This document shows positions 46,798-56,557 of a stretch of 64,000 bases of DNA, piece after piece. A program made the position numbers and the translations under genes. Within the stretch, counting starts at the first letter, position 1. Every line of letters starts with the position of its first letter. The DNA is from a virus. The stretch lies in IMG/VR virus record IMGVR_UViG_3300009550_000008; one strand, 5' to 3'. Below the pieces are notes generated by a model that saw only the letters and a program-made list of their open reading frames with translations, made no database searches and was not told the DNA's origin.

Positions 46798-47905
46798 TAC
46801 ATTGTTCATCAGTGGGGTTTTGCATGCTCAAGACCCCATTGGAGACATTGTCGAGTCTACTGGTATCGGACAGATACTACGCAACAACTCAGTTGTTGAG
46901 AATAATGTAGGCTCCAATATACAATTATATGATGTTGCAGAGACCGTTAATGGTCGAATGAAAATAGAGTTCTTAGATGATGAAGAACTAGACCTCATAG
47001 AACATACAGAAGTATACATCGATGAAGTATACTACGACCCTAATCCATCATTATCAAAGATGTCACTTAGAATGGTTCAGGGAACCGCCCGTTTTGCTTC
47101 GGGCAAAGGTAATAAGATCAAGAAAGCAAACATAGACATCAGCACACCGACAGCACAAATTGCAATCAACGGTACAGATTTCACAACTACAATCGATGAA
47201 TTGGGAAGGACACTTGTTATTCTGCTTCCTGATGCAGATGGTATTACACCATCAGGGGAGATTGTAGTATCAAACGAAGGTGGAGAGGTTGTCCTGAATC
47301 AAGCGTTTCAGGCAACAATGGTATCCACAATAGAAACACCACCTACAGGTGCAGTAGTAATCAATAATTTAACAACCAGTATGATCGATAACATGTTCAT
47401 TGTATCACCGCCTCAGGAGGTCAAACAGGCCGTAGAAGAACAGGTAAGGGATGATATGAACGATGACCAAGGGATACTCGATGTAGACTTCCTCGAATTT
47501 GATGGTTTAGATGGTGATATCGACACATATTCAGAAGGTGAAACATTAGAAGAAACAAGTAGATTGGATATCGATTACCTCGATGTAGACTTCCTTACCA
47601 ATGTCTTAGATGTTGTTGAAGCACTAATTAAAACAACTGCAAAATTACAAGATAAACAATCATCAGGTGGTGGAGGAACAGCTAGATTAGTTGGAGCTCA
47701 GTTTGGATTCAATAAAGACTCACAGTTTAATGTCTTTGAAGAGGATGGAAATCTAGTATTTTTTAGATCAGTTAATGGTGTTATTGAGATTGTCATTCAG
47801 AGTGGTAACTCAGGATTCATGGATTTAAGGGTTGGAGACTACGAAGGAGTCATAGAATTTGGTGGTGGAGACCCAGCAATTCAAATCTTTATTAACCAGC
47901 AGTAA
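46745..47905 (+). CDS. FecR-domain secreted/periplasmic protein
   Basis: Signal peptide; ETVNGRMKIEFLD, ISTPTAQIAINGTDF, GEIVVSN. Confidence 0.8.
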   Translation: MKMQSFRSLRKTQLTILSTLFISGVLHAQDPIGDIVESTGIGQILRNNSVVENNVGSNIQLYDVAETVNGRMKIEFLDDEELDLIEHTEVYIDEVYYDPNPSLSKMSLRMVQGTARFASGKGNKIKKANIDISTPTAQIAINGTDFTTTIDELGRTLVILLPDADGITPSGEIVVSNEGGEVVLNQAFQATMVSTIETPPTGAVVINNLTTSMIDNMFIVSPPQEVKQAVEEQVRDDMNDDQGILDVDFLEFDGLDGDIDTYSEGETLEETSRLDIDYLDVDFLTNVLDVVEALIKTTAKLQDKQSSGGGGTARLVGAQFGFNKDSQFNVFEEDGNLVFFRSVNGVIEIVIQSGNSGFMDLRVGDYEGVIEFGGGDPAIQIFINQQ

Positions 47906-47941
47906 CCAAAATAACTAAATACTTGTTTGTAGGAGAGAAAT

Positions 47942-48088
47942 ATGGAATATCTAAATCGGTTTTTAGATTGGCATGAAGCCTTAACATACAAATGGATAGA
48001 AAGATTAGAGATAACAGAATACCACGCAATGTGGGTTGGTTACTTTAAAGGACTTTTGTTAGGACTACTACTATGGTGGATTTTTTAA
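47942..48088 (+). CDS. Small membrane protein (48 aa)
   Basis: AGGAG RBS and upstream CTAAATA; MEYLNRF...GLLLGLLLWWIF. Confidence 0.6.
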   Translation: MEYLNRFLDWHEALTYKWIERLEITEYHAMWVGYFKGLLLGLLLWWIF

Positions 48089-48777
48089 AAAACTTTTGGA
48101 AGAAATTAGATGCATTCGGAATCACATTACTGTTTGCATTACTATTTTTTATCGCTATGGGTGCATATGCAGGCCCGTCAGATGACAACCATGTTCATGT
48201 CGAACAGGTAGGAAATGGTGGTGATGATGTATCACTAACTATCGCTCAGCTTGGTTATGGTAACAAAGTTGAATTTTCTTTTGCACACTCCGATAACATA
48301 TTTAATTTGACTCAGAATGGTTCAGGTAACTATGTTGGTTGGGTCTCATATTGGGGTTCAGGAAAAAATTGGGGTGGTGATGTAGATGGTACAGATAACA
48401 ATGAAGTTGTAGTACAATTTGATGGTGCAACATATGGTAGACACTTATGGGGCAACAATAATGATGTCGATGTATATCAAAATGGAGATCATACATTTAA
48501 CCTAGATGTTCATGCAGACGATACAAATGTAGAAGCCTGGCAAGAAGGTTCAGGAAGTCACTATGCACATTCATACTTCTATGGTACAGCAGATGGTTCA
48601 GATGTTGATCTAGAACAAAAAGGTAATGCAAATCATAATGCACAAATTAGGCTTCAAGGTACTGAACCCACAACACTAAATCTATTACAACAAGGTACAA
48701 CTAATCAGAGTTATAGTGTAACTCAAAACTGTTTTACAGTTGGTGGTTGTAGTCTAACTGTAACTCAAGGAAACTAA
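48073..48777 (+). CDS. Secreted curlin-repeat protein
   Basis: Signal-like N-terminus; multiple QxGxxN repeats (QLGYGN, QNGSGN, QKGNAN, QQGTTN). Confidence 0.75.
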   Translation: MVDFLKNFWKKLDAFGITLLFALLFFIAMGAYAGPSDDNHVHVEQVGNGGDDVSLTIAQLGYGNKVEFSFAHSDNIFNLTQNGSGNYVGWVSYWGSGKNWGGDVDGTDNNEVVVQFDGATYGRHLWGNNNDVDVYQNGDHTFNLDVHADDTNVEAWQEGSGSHYAHSYFYGTADGSDVDLEQKGNANHNAQIRLQGTEPTTLNLLQQGTTNQSYSVTQNCFTVGGCSLTVTQGN

Positions 48778-48941
48778 TGAAACAGTGGTTATTTAATAAG
48801 ATGGCTCCGTATGCCATCCAATTCAGAGAGTGGTCTAAAGGAAAGACTTGGATACAAATTCCATTATGGATACTTATATTATGGATGTTAGGATTTGCTA
48901 ATCCTATTTGGTGTGTTTATCCAGTCTGCTGGATTCAGTAA
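48777..48941 (+). CDS. Small Trp-rich membrane protein (54 aa)
   Basis: MKQWLF...WCVYPVCWIQ; TAATG-coupled at both ends. Confidence 0.6.
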   Translation: MKQWLFNKMAPYAIQFREWSKGKTWIQIPLWILILWMLGFANPIWCVYPVCWIQ

Positions 48942-50779
48942 TGTATTCTTGGAAGACTGTATTAGTGACCATCGGGTTACTATTTGGACTTAAAGTTTGG
49001 AATCCCTATCTAATAGAAAACATCACATGGTCGTGGTTCGACTTCTTACATCAATCACATGAGGTAGAACAAGTAGAAGATATAGTTCTAGTTGATATCG
49101 ATGAGAAGTCATTAGAGAAGTATGGTCAGTATCCATGGCCAAGAAACATTTATGCAGATATCATGTTGGAATCACATTATTCCAATACACATGTATATAC
49201 TCAATTATTCAAAGAACCCGATAGATTTGACGGAGATGCTAAATTTGCAGAGGGTTTAGTTAATCGCTTATCGATACTTTCAGCAGCTCCAACAATTCAG
49301 AAAGATACTGGTACTGCACCGTTTGTGAGGACATCGGTCTTCGGCGGTGGCGAGATTAAAGATCATATTTGGAACTTTTCAGGCATTGCATCACCCGTTG
49401 AGATGCTAATGGCAAATTCATATGGTGTTGGCGTCACGGTTGCAACTCCGTCAATATCAGGTACACCAAACTTTGACGGGACGATTCGTTCTGCACCACT
49501 TATAGTATCTGCAAACGATCAGATATATCCATCCGTTGCACTGGAAGTGCTTCGTGCATTTGGAGATCATAAAAATTATCAGACAAGGGTTACACCCGAA
49601 GTTGGAATCGAGTGGATTCGTATGGGTCGATCTACACCCATTGAAACAACACCTACTGCAGATATTCAGATTGCATACTGGTATGACTTTGAGAGAATAT
49701 CTGCAGCTGATTTATCAGAGTCAGACTTACAAGGTAAGATACTTGTATGGGGTCTAACTGCAGAAGGACTTAATAATCCATCTTCAACCCCAGTGGGTGT
49801 AATGTATCCCCATCAAGTTCAAGCCTCAGTCCTCCAGTCCGTCTTGCAAGAAGTTCGAATACAACAATCCTACTATCTTGAATTTTTGTCTCTCGTTCTT
49901 CTTCTGTCAGTCCTTCTAGGAATACTGGGAGTGGTTTACACACTTCCCACAGCCTTTGCGGGGATAGTGAGTTTAACTTTCGTTGGATTTCAGGTGGGTG
50001 GGGGTTTCTATTGGTGGTCTTCATCTCTCGTTCTTTTCGATACTTTCTACTCATCGATTGCCTCCATGATTGTGTTTGGACACGCATCCTTCAACAAATA
50101 CTATAAGACCTATCAACTCAAAGAACAAATTAAGATGCAGTTCCAAAAATATTTATCTCCTGACATGGTTGACGAACTGGCTAAAAACCCTGAAAAATTG
50201 AGACTTGGTGGAGAAAGAAAGGAGATGACATTCATGTTTATGGACATATGTGGGTTCACTCCGATCAGTGAAGCTTACAAGAATAATGATGACCCCGAGG
50301 GATTAGTAGACTTGATAAACAAATTCCTTGATGTTCAAACCAAGATAATAATAAATAATGGAGGAACCATAGACAAATACATGGGCGATTGCATCATGGC
50401 ATTTTGGAATGCTCCATTGGATTGCGAAGAACATGCAGAACTTGCTGTTAAGTCTGCAGAAGAAGTATTAATTGCAACCAAGGAACTCAATGAAGAACTT
50501 AAACCTCTTAATCTGCCTCCTATTAATGTCGGTATCGGCATCAGCACAGGAGAATGTATTGTCGGAAACATGGGGTCAGAAGTTAGATTTGACTATTCCG
50601 TCATTGGAGACGCCGTCAACTTGGGTGCTAGACTCGAAGGACAAACGAGAAATTATGATGGGGTGGACTTGTTGTTATCGGAAAGAACTTATCAACTATG
50701 TCCAAACAGAGCATTTACTCAAGTCGACAGAATTAATGTCAAGGGCAAATCCGAGAAGGTTACAATATACACTTGTTGA
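48941..50779 (+). CDS. CHASE2-domain class III adenylate cyclase
   Basis: IVLVDIDEKSL...GQYPWPR (CHASE2), TM helices, FMDICGFT, DKYMGDCIMAFW, DYSVIGDAVNLGARLEG; start at MYSWK via TAATG coupling. Confidence 0.92.
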   Translation: MYSWKTVLVTIGLLFGLKVWNPYLIENITWSWFDFLHQSHEVEQVEDIVLVDIDEKSLEKYGQYPWPRNIYADIMLESHYSNTHVYTQLFKEPDRFDGDAKFAEGLVNRLSILSAAPTIQKDTGTAPFVRTSVFGGGEIKDHIWNFSGIASPVEMLMANSYGVGVTVATPSISGTPNFDGTIRSAPLIVSANDQIYPSVALEVLRAFGDHKNYQTRVTPEVGIEWIRMGRSTPIETTPTADIQIAYWYDFERISAADLSESDLQGKILVWGLTAEGLNNPSSTPVGVMYPHQVQASVLQSVLQEVRIQQSYYLEFLSLVLLLSVLLGILGVVYTLPTAFAGIVSLTFVGFQVGGGFYWWSSSLVLFDTFYSSIASMIVFGHASFNKYYKTYQLKEQIKMQFQKYLSPDMVDELAKNPEKLRLGGERKEMTFMFMDICGFTPISEAYKNNDDPEGLVDLINKFLDVQTKIIINNGGTIDKYMGDCIMAFWNAPLDCEEHAELAVKSAEEVLIATKELNEELKPLNLPPINVGIGISTGECIVGNMGSEVRFDYSVIGDAVNLGARLEGQTRNYDGVDLLLSERTYQLCPNRAFTQVDRINVKGKSEKVTIYTC

Positions 50780-51086
50780 ACCTATAACTAATTTTCAATG
50801 GGGTTCATTTGTAACCCTTCAACTTCTTGATATGTACTCTACCTATAAAGGATTACAATACGATTGTGTATATGAAGCTAATCCTATCATGGGTGAACAA
50901 CCCTCAGTAATAAAAATGGGTATAACAAAGTTTGTTGTACTTTATCCAGCAGTAACAGCTGAACGCAATGGTCGAGAATTAAGTGAACAAAACATGAGAA
51001 ATATTAATAGACTTATGTCTATAGTTATCATGAACAATATGTCAGTCGTTAATAAAGCAAAAAGAAATTGCACAAAAAGGCCTTGA
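50736..51086 (+). CDS. Hypothetical protein (DUF5658-like)
   Basis: LQLLDMYST...EANPIMG motif; start uncertain. Confidence 0.45.
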   Translation: MSRANPRRLQYTLVEPITNFQWGSFVTLQLLDMYSTYKGLQYDCVYEANPIMGEQPSVIKMGITKFVVLYPAVTAERNGRELSEQNMRNINRLMSIVIMNNMSVVNKAKRNCTKRP

Positions 51087-51121
51087 CATTTTCATATTTG
51101 ACCCCATATAATATATAAATA
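51083..51121 (+). promoter_or_regulatory. Tandem sigma70-type and late promoters upstream of hsp20
   Basis: TTGACA-N18-TATAAT immediately followed by TATAAATA (51114-51121). Confidence 0.7.
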
Positions 51122-51184
51122 CTTTTGTAATTGCTCAATTGAGGATTACATTTATATTAACTTGCTTATTAAAAGGAGAAAAAT

Positions 51185-51595
51185 ATGACGCATTTAGATA
51201 TATTTGGTCAATTCAGACCGTTCGCAATTGGATTTGATAGATACTTCGAAGACCTCGATAGACTATCTAATCTTTCACAACCCAACTACCCACCTTACAA
51301 TGTTGTAAAGGTTGACGATGAAAATTTCATTGTTGAACTTGCAGTTGCTGGTTTTGGTAAAAAAGATGTTTCTGTTACTAAAGAGAAGAATCTTCTTATC
51401 ATTGAGGGTAAAGTAGAAGACGCCGAAAAAGAATTCGTTCACAAAGGTTTGGCTTCTAGAGCATTCAAGAGATCATGGACTCTTGCAGACAATGTTGAAA
51501 TTGATTCTGCAGAGTTGAAAGACGGCATCTTGTCTGTTAGTTTAGTGAAGGTTATTCCCGAAGAGGATAAACCAATCTCTATAAAAATCTCTTAA
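51185..51595 (+). CDS. hsp20: Small heat-shock protein Hsp20 (IbpA-like)
   Basis: IGFD, NYPPYNV, ELAVAGF, HKGLASRAFKRSW, DGILSV. Confidence 0.95.
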   Translation: MTHLDIFGQFRPFAIGFDRYFEDLDRLSNLSQPNYPPYNVVKVDDENFIVELAVAGFGKKDVSVTKEKNLLIIEGKVEDAEKEFVHKGLASRAFKRSWTLADNVEIDSAELKDGILSVSLVKVIPEEDKPISIKIS

Positions 51596-51661
51596 AACCC
51601 ACTATACAAAATAGACTCTTGGTGTTATACTGAGAGTCTATTCTTAACTATAGGAGAGATT

Positions 51662-52183
51662 ATGTTATCAGTAGGAGAACAGTTCCCAAGTTTTACACTT
51701 AAGGGAATTAATGAAAACAACGAATTTGTTGATGTAGAAGTTAATGAAGGATATACGCCTTTGAAAAAAGACTGGTCTGTAGTTTACTTTTACCCGAAAG
51801 ACTTTACATTCATATGTCCAACAGAAATTGCTGGAATGGATATCTTAGTCGATCATGCAAATGTTGTTGGTATCAGTGGTGATAACGAGTTCTGTAAATT
51901 AGCATGGAAACAAGATAATGAGTTGATAGGTTCTATCAGACATTCACTTGCAGCTGATTGTGGACTTGGACTATCACATCAACTAGGTATCGTAGATGAT
52001 GAAAATGGTGTTTGTTATCGTGCAACATTCATTTTCGACAAAGACAGAGTCATTCAACATGCATCAATCAATGCATTAGACACTGGACGAAATGCACAGG
52101 AAGTTCTAAGAACTTTACAAGGATTACAAGCTGGTGGACTCACTGGTTGTGCATGGAACGAAGGTGATGAGTTTGTTGGTTAA
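51662..52183 (+). CDS. ahpC: Peroxiredoxin (AhpC-type)
   Basis: FYPKDFTFICPTE, RATFI, GRNAQEVLR. Confidence 0.92.
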   Translation: MLSVGEQFPSFTLKGINENNEFVDVEVNEGYTPLKKDWSVVYFYPKDFTFICPTEIAGMDILVDHANVVGISGDNEFCKLAWKQDNELIGSIRHSLAADCGLGLSHQLGIVDDENGVCYRATFIFDKDRVIQHASINALDTGRNAQEVLRTLQGLQAGGLTGCAWNEGDEFVG

Positions 52184-52233
52184 TTTCAAAAACCATCTTT
52201 ACATAGGACTATGGTATATGATATCATAGTTCT

Positions 52234-53487
52234 ATGTACTTTCAATATACTTTAGACGATTTAAAACAAAATTCTTCTCAGAAGAAATTCTCATATATTA
52301 CATTCTTTGCAGGCGGTGGTGGTTCATCGTGTGGATATAAACTCGCAGGTGGTGATGTTCGATACATGAATGAGTTCCAACAGATTCATGTTGACACTTA
52401 TCTTAAGAACTTCCCTGATACTGTACACGAATGTAAAGATATCAAACAAGTGACTGGTAAAGGCATTATGGAACTTACTGGTCTCAAACCATATGAACTT
52501 GATCTACTGGATGGGTCACCACCTTGTCCACCTTTCTCTATGGCTGGAACCAAGAGAGAAGGATGGGAACAAGAGAAGGTTGCATATGGAATGAAACAAC
52601 AAAACATCGAAGACCTTACATGGGAACAAATTAGAATTGCTGGTGAACTCAAACCCAAAGTAATTGTATGTGAGAATGTAAAAGGTCTCTCTATGGATTA
52701 TGCAAGAGATCATCTTAACAAGATGGTCACAGATTTTGAAGCACTAGGTTATTCAGTTGTATGGAAGATCATGAAAGGACATGAACATGGAGTACCTCAA
52801 AAGAGAGAAAGAGTATTCATGGTTGGTGTTCGTGATGATGTTCTAGAAGCAATTGGTAGACCTTGGATGACTCTAGGAAGTATCTTCCCTGAACCATCAG
52901 ATCAATATGCAACGATCAGTCAAGCAATTGATGATCTTGAAGATGATGAAGAGAATATCGAAGATGCTAAATACTTAGAACAAGCTATGAAAGATTCATC
53001 AAAAGGTCATTGGGTTCATGGATTTGAAAAACATCCTGATGAAAAGTTTGCAAACTGTACACCATGTAAAGGTATTGATGGTGTTGCAGATAAAGAGAAT
53101 ATGTCCTATGTTTCTATTGGAGATCATATTGTAAAACCTTGGTTCCAAGAGAACATTAGATTAGGACACATACCAGCGGAAGACGAGAAACATTCTTATT
53201 ATATGTCTAGGATAGTTCCAAAACATTTACCAGCTCATTCATTGACTGAACAAGGATGTCAACCTAAATTTATGGGTGGTAATCATTTCCATTACAACGG
53301 TAAGAGAATTTATACACCAAGGGAAATGGTAAGACTTATGTCACTACCTAACGATTATCAAATGACTGGTGATTACAATGATAAGGGTGCAAGGATTGGA
53401 TTAATGGTTGCACCACTATGCTTGTATTATCTAGTTGAAGAAATCAAAAAACAGATATTAGAACCATGGAACACATTGCAAAAGTAG
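52234..53487 (+). CDS. DNA cytosine-C5 methyltransferase
   Basis: FAGGGG (I), GSPPC (IV), ENV (VI), QKRERVF (VIII), motifs IX/X. Confidence 0.95.
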   Translation: MYFQYTLDDLKQNSSQKKFSYITFFAGGGGSSCGYKLAGGDVRYMNEFQQIHVDTYLKNFPDTVHECKDIKQVTGKGIMELTGLKPYELDLLDGSPPCPPFSMAGTKREGWEQEKVAYGMKQQNIEDLTWEQIRIAGELKPKVIVCENVKGLSMDYARDHLNKMVTDFEALGYSVVWKIMKGHEHGVPQKRERVFMVGVRDDVLEAIGRPWMTLGSIFPEPSDQYATISQAIDDLEDDEENIEDAKYLEQAMKDSSKGHWVHGFEKHPDEKFANCTPCKGIDGVADKENMSYVSIGDHIVKPWFQENIRLGHIPAEDEKHSYYMSRIVPKHLPAHSLTEQGCQPKFMGGNHFHYNGKRIYTPREMVRLMSLPNDYQMTGDYNDKGARIGLMVAPLCLYYLVEEIKKQILEPWNTLQK

Positions 53488-54464
53488 ATCACGGTTTCAA
53501 AGAAACCTACGATAAGTGGAACGGAAAGTTCCTAGACAAATCATCATACGATGAAGTTATATCATCTATAGGAGTAGATGAGAAAGTAATTAAAGTAAGT
53601 AAACCAGTTGCATCTATTACAGGTGATATGGCTCCACTTGCATATATTGTTAAAGGTGAATACACTGGAGACAATTATCAGACTATTAAAGATACATTGT
53701 TTTCAATTGATGATGTCTCAACTATGAGAGCAAATGCATCAGGCCCAATCGATCATGAGGATATGAAAAAGAAAGGATTGATCGAAGGTGTACATTACAA
53801 ACTAAGAACACCTAACTCTTACTATCCACTTAAAAAGAATGGTAAGTTCAATCGTATTGCAGAAGCAAATGCAATTCATTCTGTATTGATAGGATATAAG
53901 AGAGGAAGATTTACAGGGATGATTAATCCTAGTGGTTGGATGAAGAAGAAATCTAATCAACAAAAGTGGGAAGTATTACAGAAGATTGCACCTCTTAACG
54001 AAGGTGCATTAAAGATCGCTGCTCCCGATGTGTGGCGTCAGCAAAGATCATTTGCAGACAATTATATTGAAAGTAAGTATCACATCGGGGGCGCACCTAT
54101 CACGGCTTTATCTGCAAACAGATATTCCAGTGAAGGTACTGCAAAAATGTCAGCACATCTAGATGGAAAAGATTTAGAGTTTGGATTGACAACAATGTGT
54201 GTTTTCAGGATTGGAGACTTCAAGGGTGCATATCTTTGTTTCCCTAGATACGGTCTTGCAATAGAAGCTGATGATGGTGATGTATTGATTGCAGATTCAA
54301 ATGAATTACATGGTGTTACACCTATCGAAGGAAATGGTGTGAGACTTTCATGTGTTGCATATTGTGATGAACATGTTGCAACAATGGGTATTGGTGGTAA
54401 ATCAGAAAACCCGATTGGCCCATCTAACAAAGATAAACATGGAAGTCTAGACGAGTTTTTTTAG
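53466..54464 (+). CDS. TET/JBP-family 5-methylpyrimidine dioxygenase
   Basis: HLDGKD, GAYLCFPRY...DGDVLIAD...HGVTPI...RLSCVAY; overlaps the C5-MTase gene. Confidence 0.85.
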   Translation: MEHIAKVDHGFKETYDKWNGKFLDKSSYDEVISSIGVDEKVIKVSKPVASITGDMAPLAYIVKGEYTGDNYQTIKDTLFSIDDVSTMRANASGPIDHEDMKKKGLIEGVHYKLRTPNSYYPLKKNGKFNRIAEANAIHSVLIGYKRGRFTGMINPSGWMKKKSNQQKWEVLQKIAPLNEGALKIAAPDVWRQQRSFADNYIESKYHIGGAPITALSANRYSSEGTAKMSAHLDGKDLEFGLTTMCVFRIGDFKGAYLCFPRYGLAIEADDGDVLIADSNELHGVTPIEGNGVRLSCVAYCDEHVATMGIGGKSENPIGPSNKDKHGSLDEFF

Positions 54465-55001
54465 ATGATATACTTAATCGGTGGAGTACCATGTTCAGGT
54501 AAATCAACCCTGATGAGAGGTCTTATCTCTCGTTTAGAAGAACCTAAACTTGTAGAACCTATGCCTCTATTCAAATGTCAGGAACATGGTGACATTCTAG
54601 TATGTGGTCAGTATCCCGAAGGAGAAACATTCGGTGGTACAGATAGATTATCATATGGTGCAATACCACACTTTAGAGAATTTTGTGATGGTATCAGTAT
54701 TGGATATAAACATACTATTATAGAAGGTGATCGATTCTTTAGAGCAGAAGATATAGAATGGGTACTAGACAATCATGAATCAGAAGTTTACATTCTTACA
54801 GTTGACTCAGATGAAGAGAAACGAAGACACGAAGAACGACAAGATACTCAAACAGAGAAATGGTTACAGGGTCGTAGAAGTCAGATAGATAACATTCAAA
54901 AGAATTTCAATCTTATGGGAAGGTTAAATGTGGTCAACAACAGAGACATTCAAACTTCCCTAAGAATAGCTGATGAAATCTACGGGAAAATTATTTCATG
55001 A
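54465..55001 (+). CDS. P-loop nucleotide kinase-like protein 1
   Basis: GVPCSGKST, GGTDRLS, IIEGDR. Confidence 0.8.
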   Translation: MIYLIGGVPCSGKSTLMRGLISRLEEPKLVEPMPLFKCQEHGDILVCGQYPEGETFGGTDRLSYGAIPHFREFCDGISIGYKHTIIEGDRFFRAEDIEWVLDNHESEVYILTVDSDEEKRRHEERQDTQTEKWLQGRRSQIDNIQKNFNLMGRLNVVNNRDIQTSLRIADEIYGKIIS

Positions 55002-55573
55002 TTGTTCTTGTTCTAGGTGCTTCATGCAGTGGTAAGTCAACGATGTTAAATAATCTTTGTGATAGATTACATACTCCAAAAGAAGATATTTTTGAACCTC
55101 TTCCATTTTGGAAATGTAGAGAATACGGAGACATATTAAATGTTGAATCATATCCAATTAAGTATCCACCAAATCAAGTGTTCAATGGAACAGAAGTAAT
55201 AACTGCAGAGAACACTATCTATGATGGTGACTCAGGAGTTTCAGAGATTCCAAAGTATCAAGACTTCTGTAGATGGGCCGATTACTCATATGTACATACA
55301 CTTATAGAATGTGATATGTACTGGAAAAGTCAAGAGATACAATGGGTATTAGATAACCATGATGCACAAGCTTTTCTTTTAACAGTTGATTCGGATGAAG
55401 AACTTAGAAGACATAATGAAAGACATAGTACACAATCTGAGGAAGAAAAACTATTGTGTAAATTGCAGATAAATAATATACAAAAGAACATTAATGAACT
55501 TAATGTGAGAGAAAACAATACCACTGAATCTTCATTAAAAATTGAAGACGAGATTTATGCCAAAGTTATTTAA
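54998..55573 (+). CDS. P-loop nucleotide kinase-like protein 2 (diverged paralog)
   Basis: GASCSGKST; shares WVLDNH and LTVDSDEExRRHxER with the upstream ORF. Confidence 0.75.
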   Translation: MIVLVLGASCSGKSTMLNNLCDRLHTPKEDIFEPLPFWKCREYGDILNVESYPIKYPPNQVFNGTEVITAENTIYDGDSGVSEIPKYQDFCRWADYSYVHTLIECDMYWKSQEIQWVLDNHDAQAFLLTVDSDEELRRHNERHSTQSEEEKLLCKLQINNIQKNINELNVRENNTTESSLKIEDEIYAKVI

Positions 55574-55871
55574 AGAAGTTTATAGGGTTGTAGAAAACCC
55601 ACATGAAACAGACGCTGGGATAGAGATCATCAGTGGAGAATGGGAGGGTTTAGTTTACCAGTACGGTGATGTACAATTCGAAGATGGTAAACCTCATTTG
55701 AATTTTAAGAGAACTATAAGAAGGTTACCTCAATCAGGTGACACTGTAGAAGACTTAGAAAAAAACGAGGAACTAAATAACCTTATGGGCGACATACTTG
55801 TAGAGTTAATACAAGAACAAATAGAGAGGGATAAAGAAATTGAACAAAGAAGTATTGAAGGAACAGATTAA
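55542..55871 (+). CDS. Hypothetical protein
   Basis: GEWEGLVYQYGDV...MGDILVELI; start may be 55557. Confidence 0.65.
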   Translation: MKTRFMPKLFKEVYRVVENPHETDAGIEIISGEWEGLVYQYGDVQFEDGKPHLNFKRTIRRLPQSGDTVEDLEKNEELNNLMGDILVELIQEQIERDKEIEQRSIEGTD

Positions 55872-56295
55872 AAGACACGAAGGTGAGGTCTTAGAAGTCT
55901 ACGAAGATTCGTTAGGATATCTAACATTAGGCGTGGGTCACTTGATTCAGAAGTCAGACCCCGAATACGGACAACCAGCTGGAACTCCAGTTAGTCAAAA
56001 TGTAGTAGATTTATACTACACAGATGATTTTGATAAGCATGTCGATGAAACGATTCATGTATGTGAAAACAACAATATCGTTTTTGATGCATTACCTGAA
56101 AACATTCAACATGTTCTAGTGAATATGTGTTTCAACTTAGGTGCAAATCGATTAGGTAAATTCAGAAACATGTTAGCTGCAGTTTCTACATCTGATTGGA
56201 AAGAGATGGCAAGTCAGATGGAAGACAGCAGATGGTTCGGTCAAGTTGGTCGAAGATCAGTTGAGTTACAAGAAATGGTATTGGAGTTATCATGA
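55840..56295 (+). CDS. Lysozyme (T4L/GH24-like)
   Basis: HEG...YEDSLGYLTLGVGH catalytic E/D/T pattern, NMCFNLG, DSRWFGQV. Confidence 0.88.
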   Translation: MNKEVLKEQIKRHEGEVLEVYEDSLGYLTLGVGHLIQKSDPEYGQPAGTPVSQNVVDLYYTDDFDKHVDETIHVCENNNIVFDALPENIQHVLVNMCFNLGANRLGKFRNMLAAVSTSDWKEMASQMEDSRWFGQVGRRSVELQEMVLELS

Positions 56296-56534
56296 GCAAA
56301 GATATGACAAATGATTTATTGAAAGCTGTTGTTGCACATGCAGACGGTCAGATAGAAAAACACAAAATTAATGTTCTTGTACAATGCAAGAACTCAGTTG
56401 GTGTTGCAGAGCATGGTGACCATGTAGAAACAATTCAAAAGGAAATGGAACAGATTGCACATTATGAAGACATAAAAGATGTAGTCCGTAAACATTTTGG
56501 AGAATATACAGATAGAACTACATTGACAGAATAG
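56292..56534 (+). CDS. Hypothetical protein
   Basis: GGAG RBS; NSVGVAEHGD motif. Confidence 0.65.
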   Translation: MSKDMTNDLLKAVVAHADGQIEKHKINVLVQCKNSVGVAEHGDHVETIQKEMEQIAHYEDIKDVVRKHFGEYTDRTTLTE

Positions 56535-56551
56535 AACATCCCTAGTATAAT
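56523..56551 (+). promoter_or_regulatory. Consensus sigma70 promoter for gp43
   Basis: TTGACA-N17-TATAAT, 6 nt before the ATG. Confidence 0.8.
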
Positions 56552-56557
56552 TATATA

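Noticed and set aside
50472-50735. Long N-terminal extension of ORF 50472-51086
   Set aside because: It overlaps the conserved catalytic end of the cyclase; a later start is more plausible
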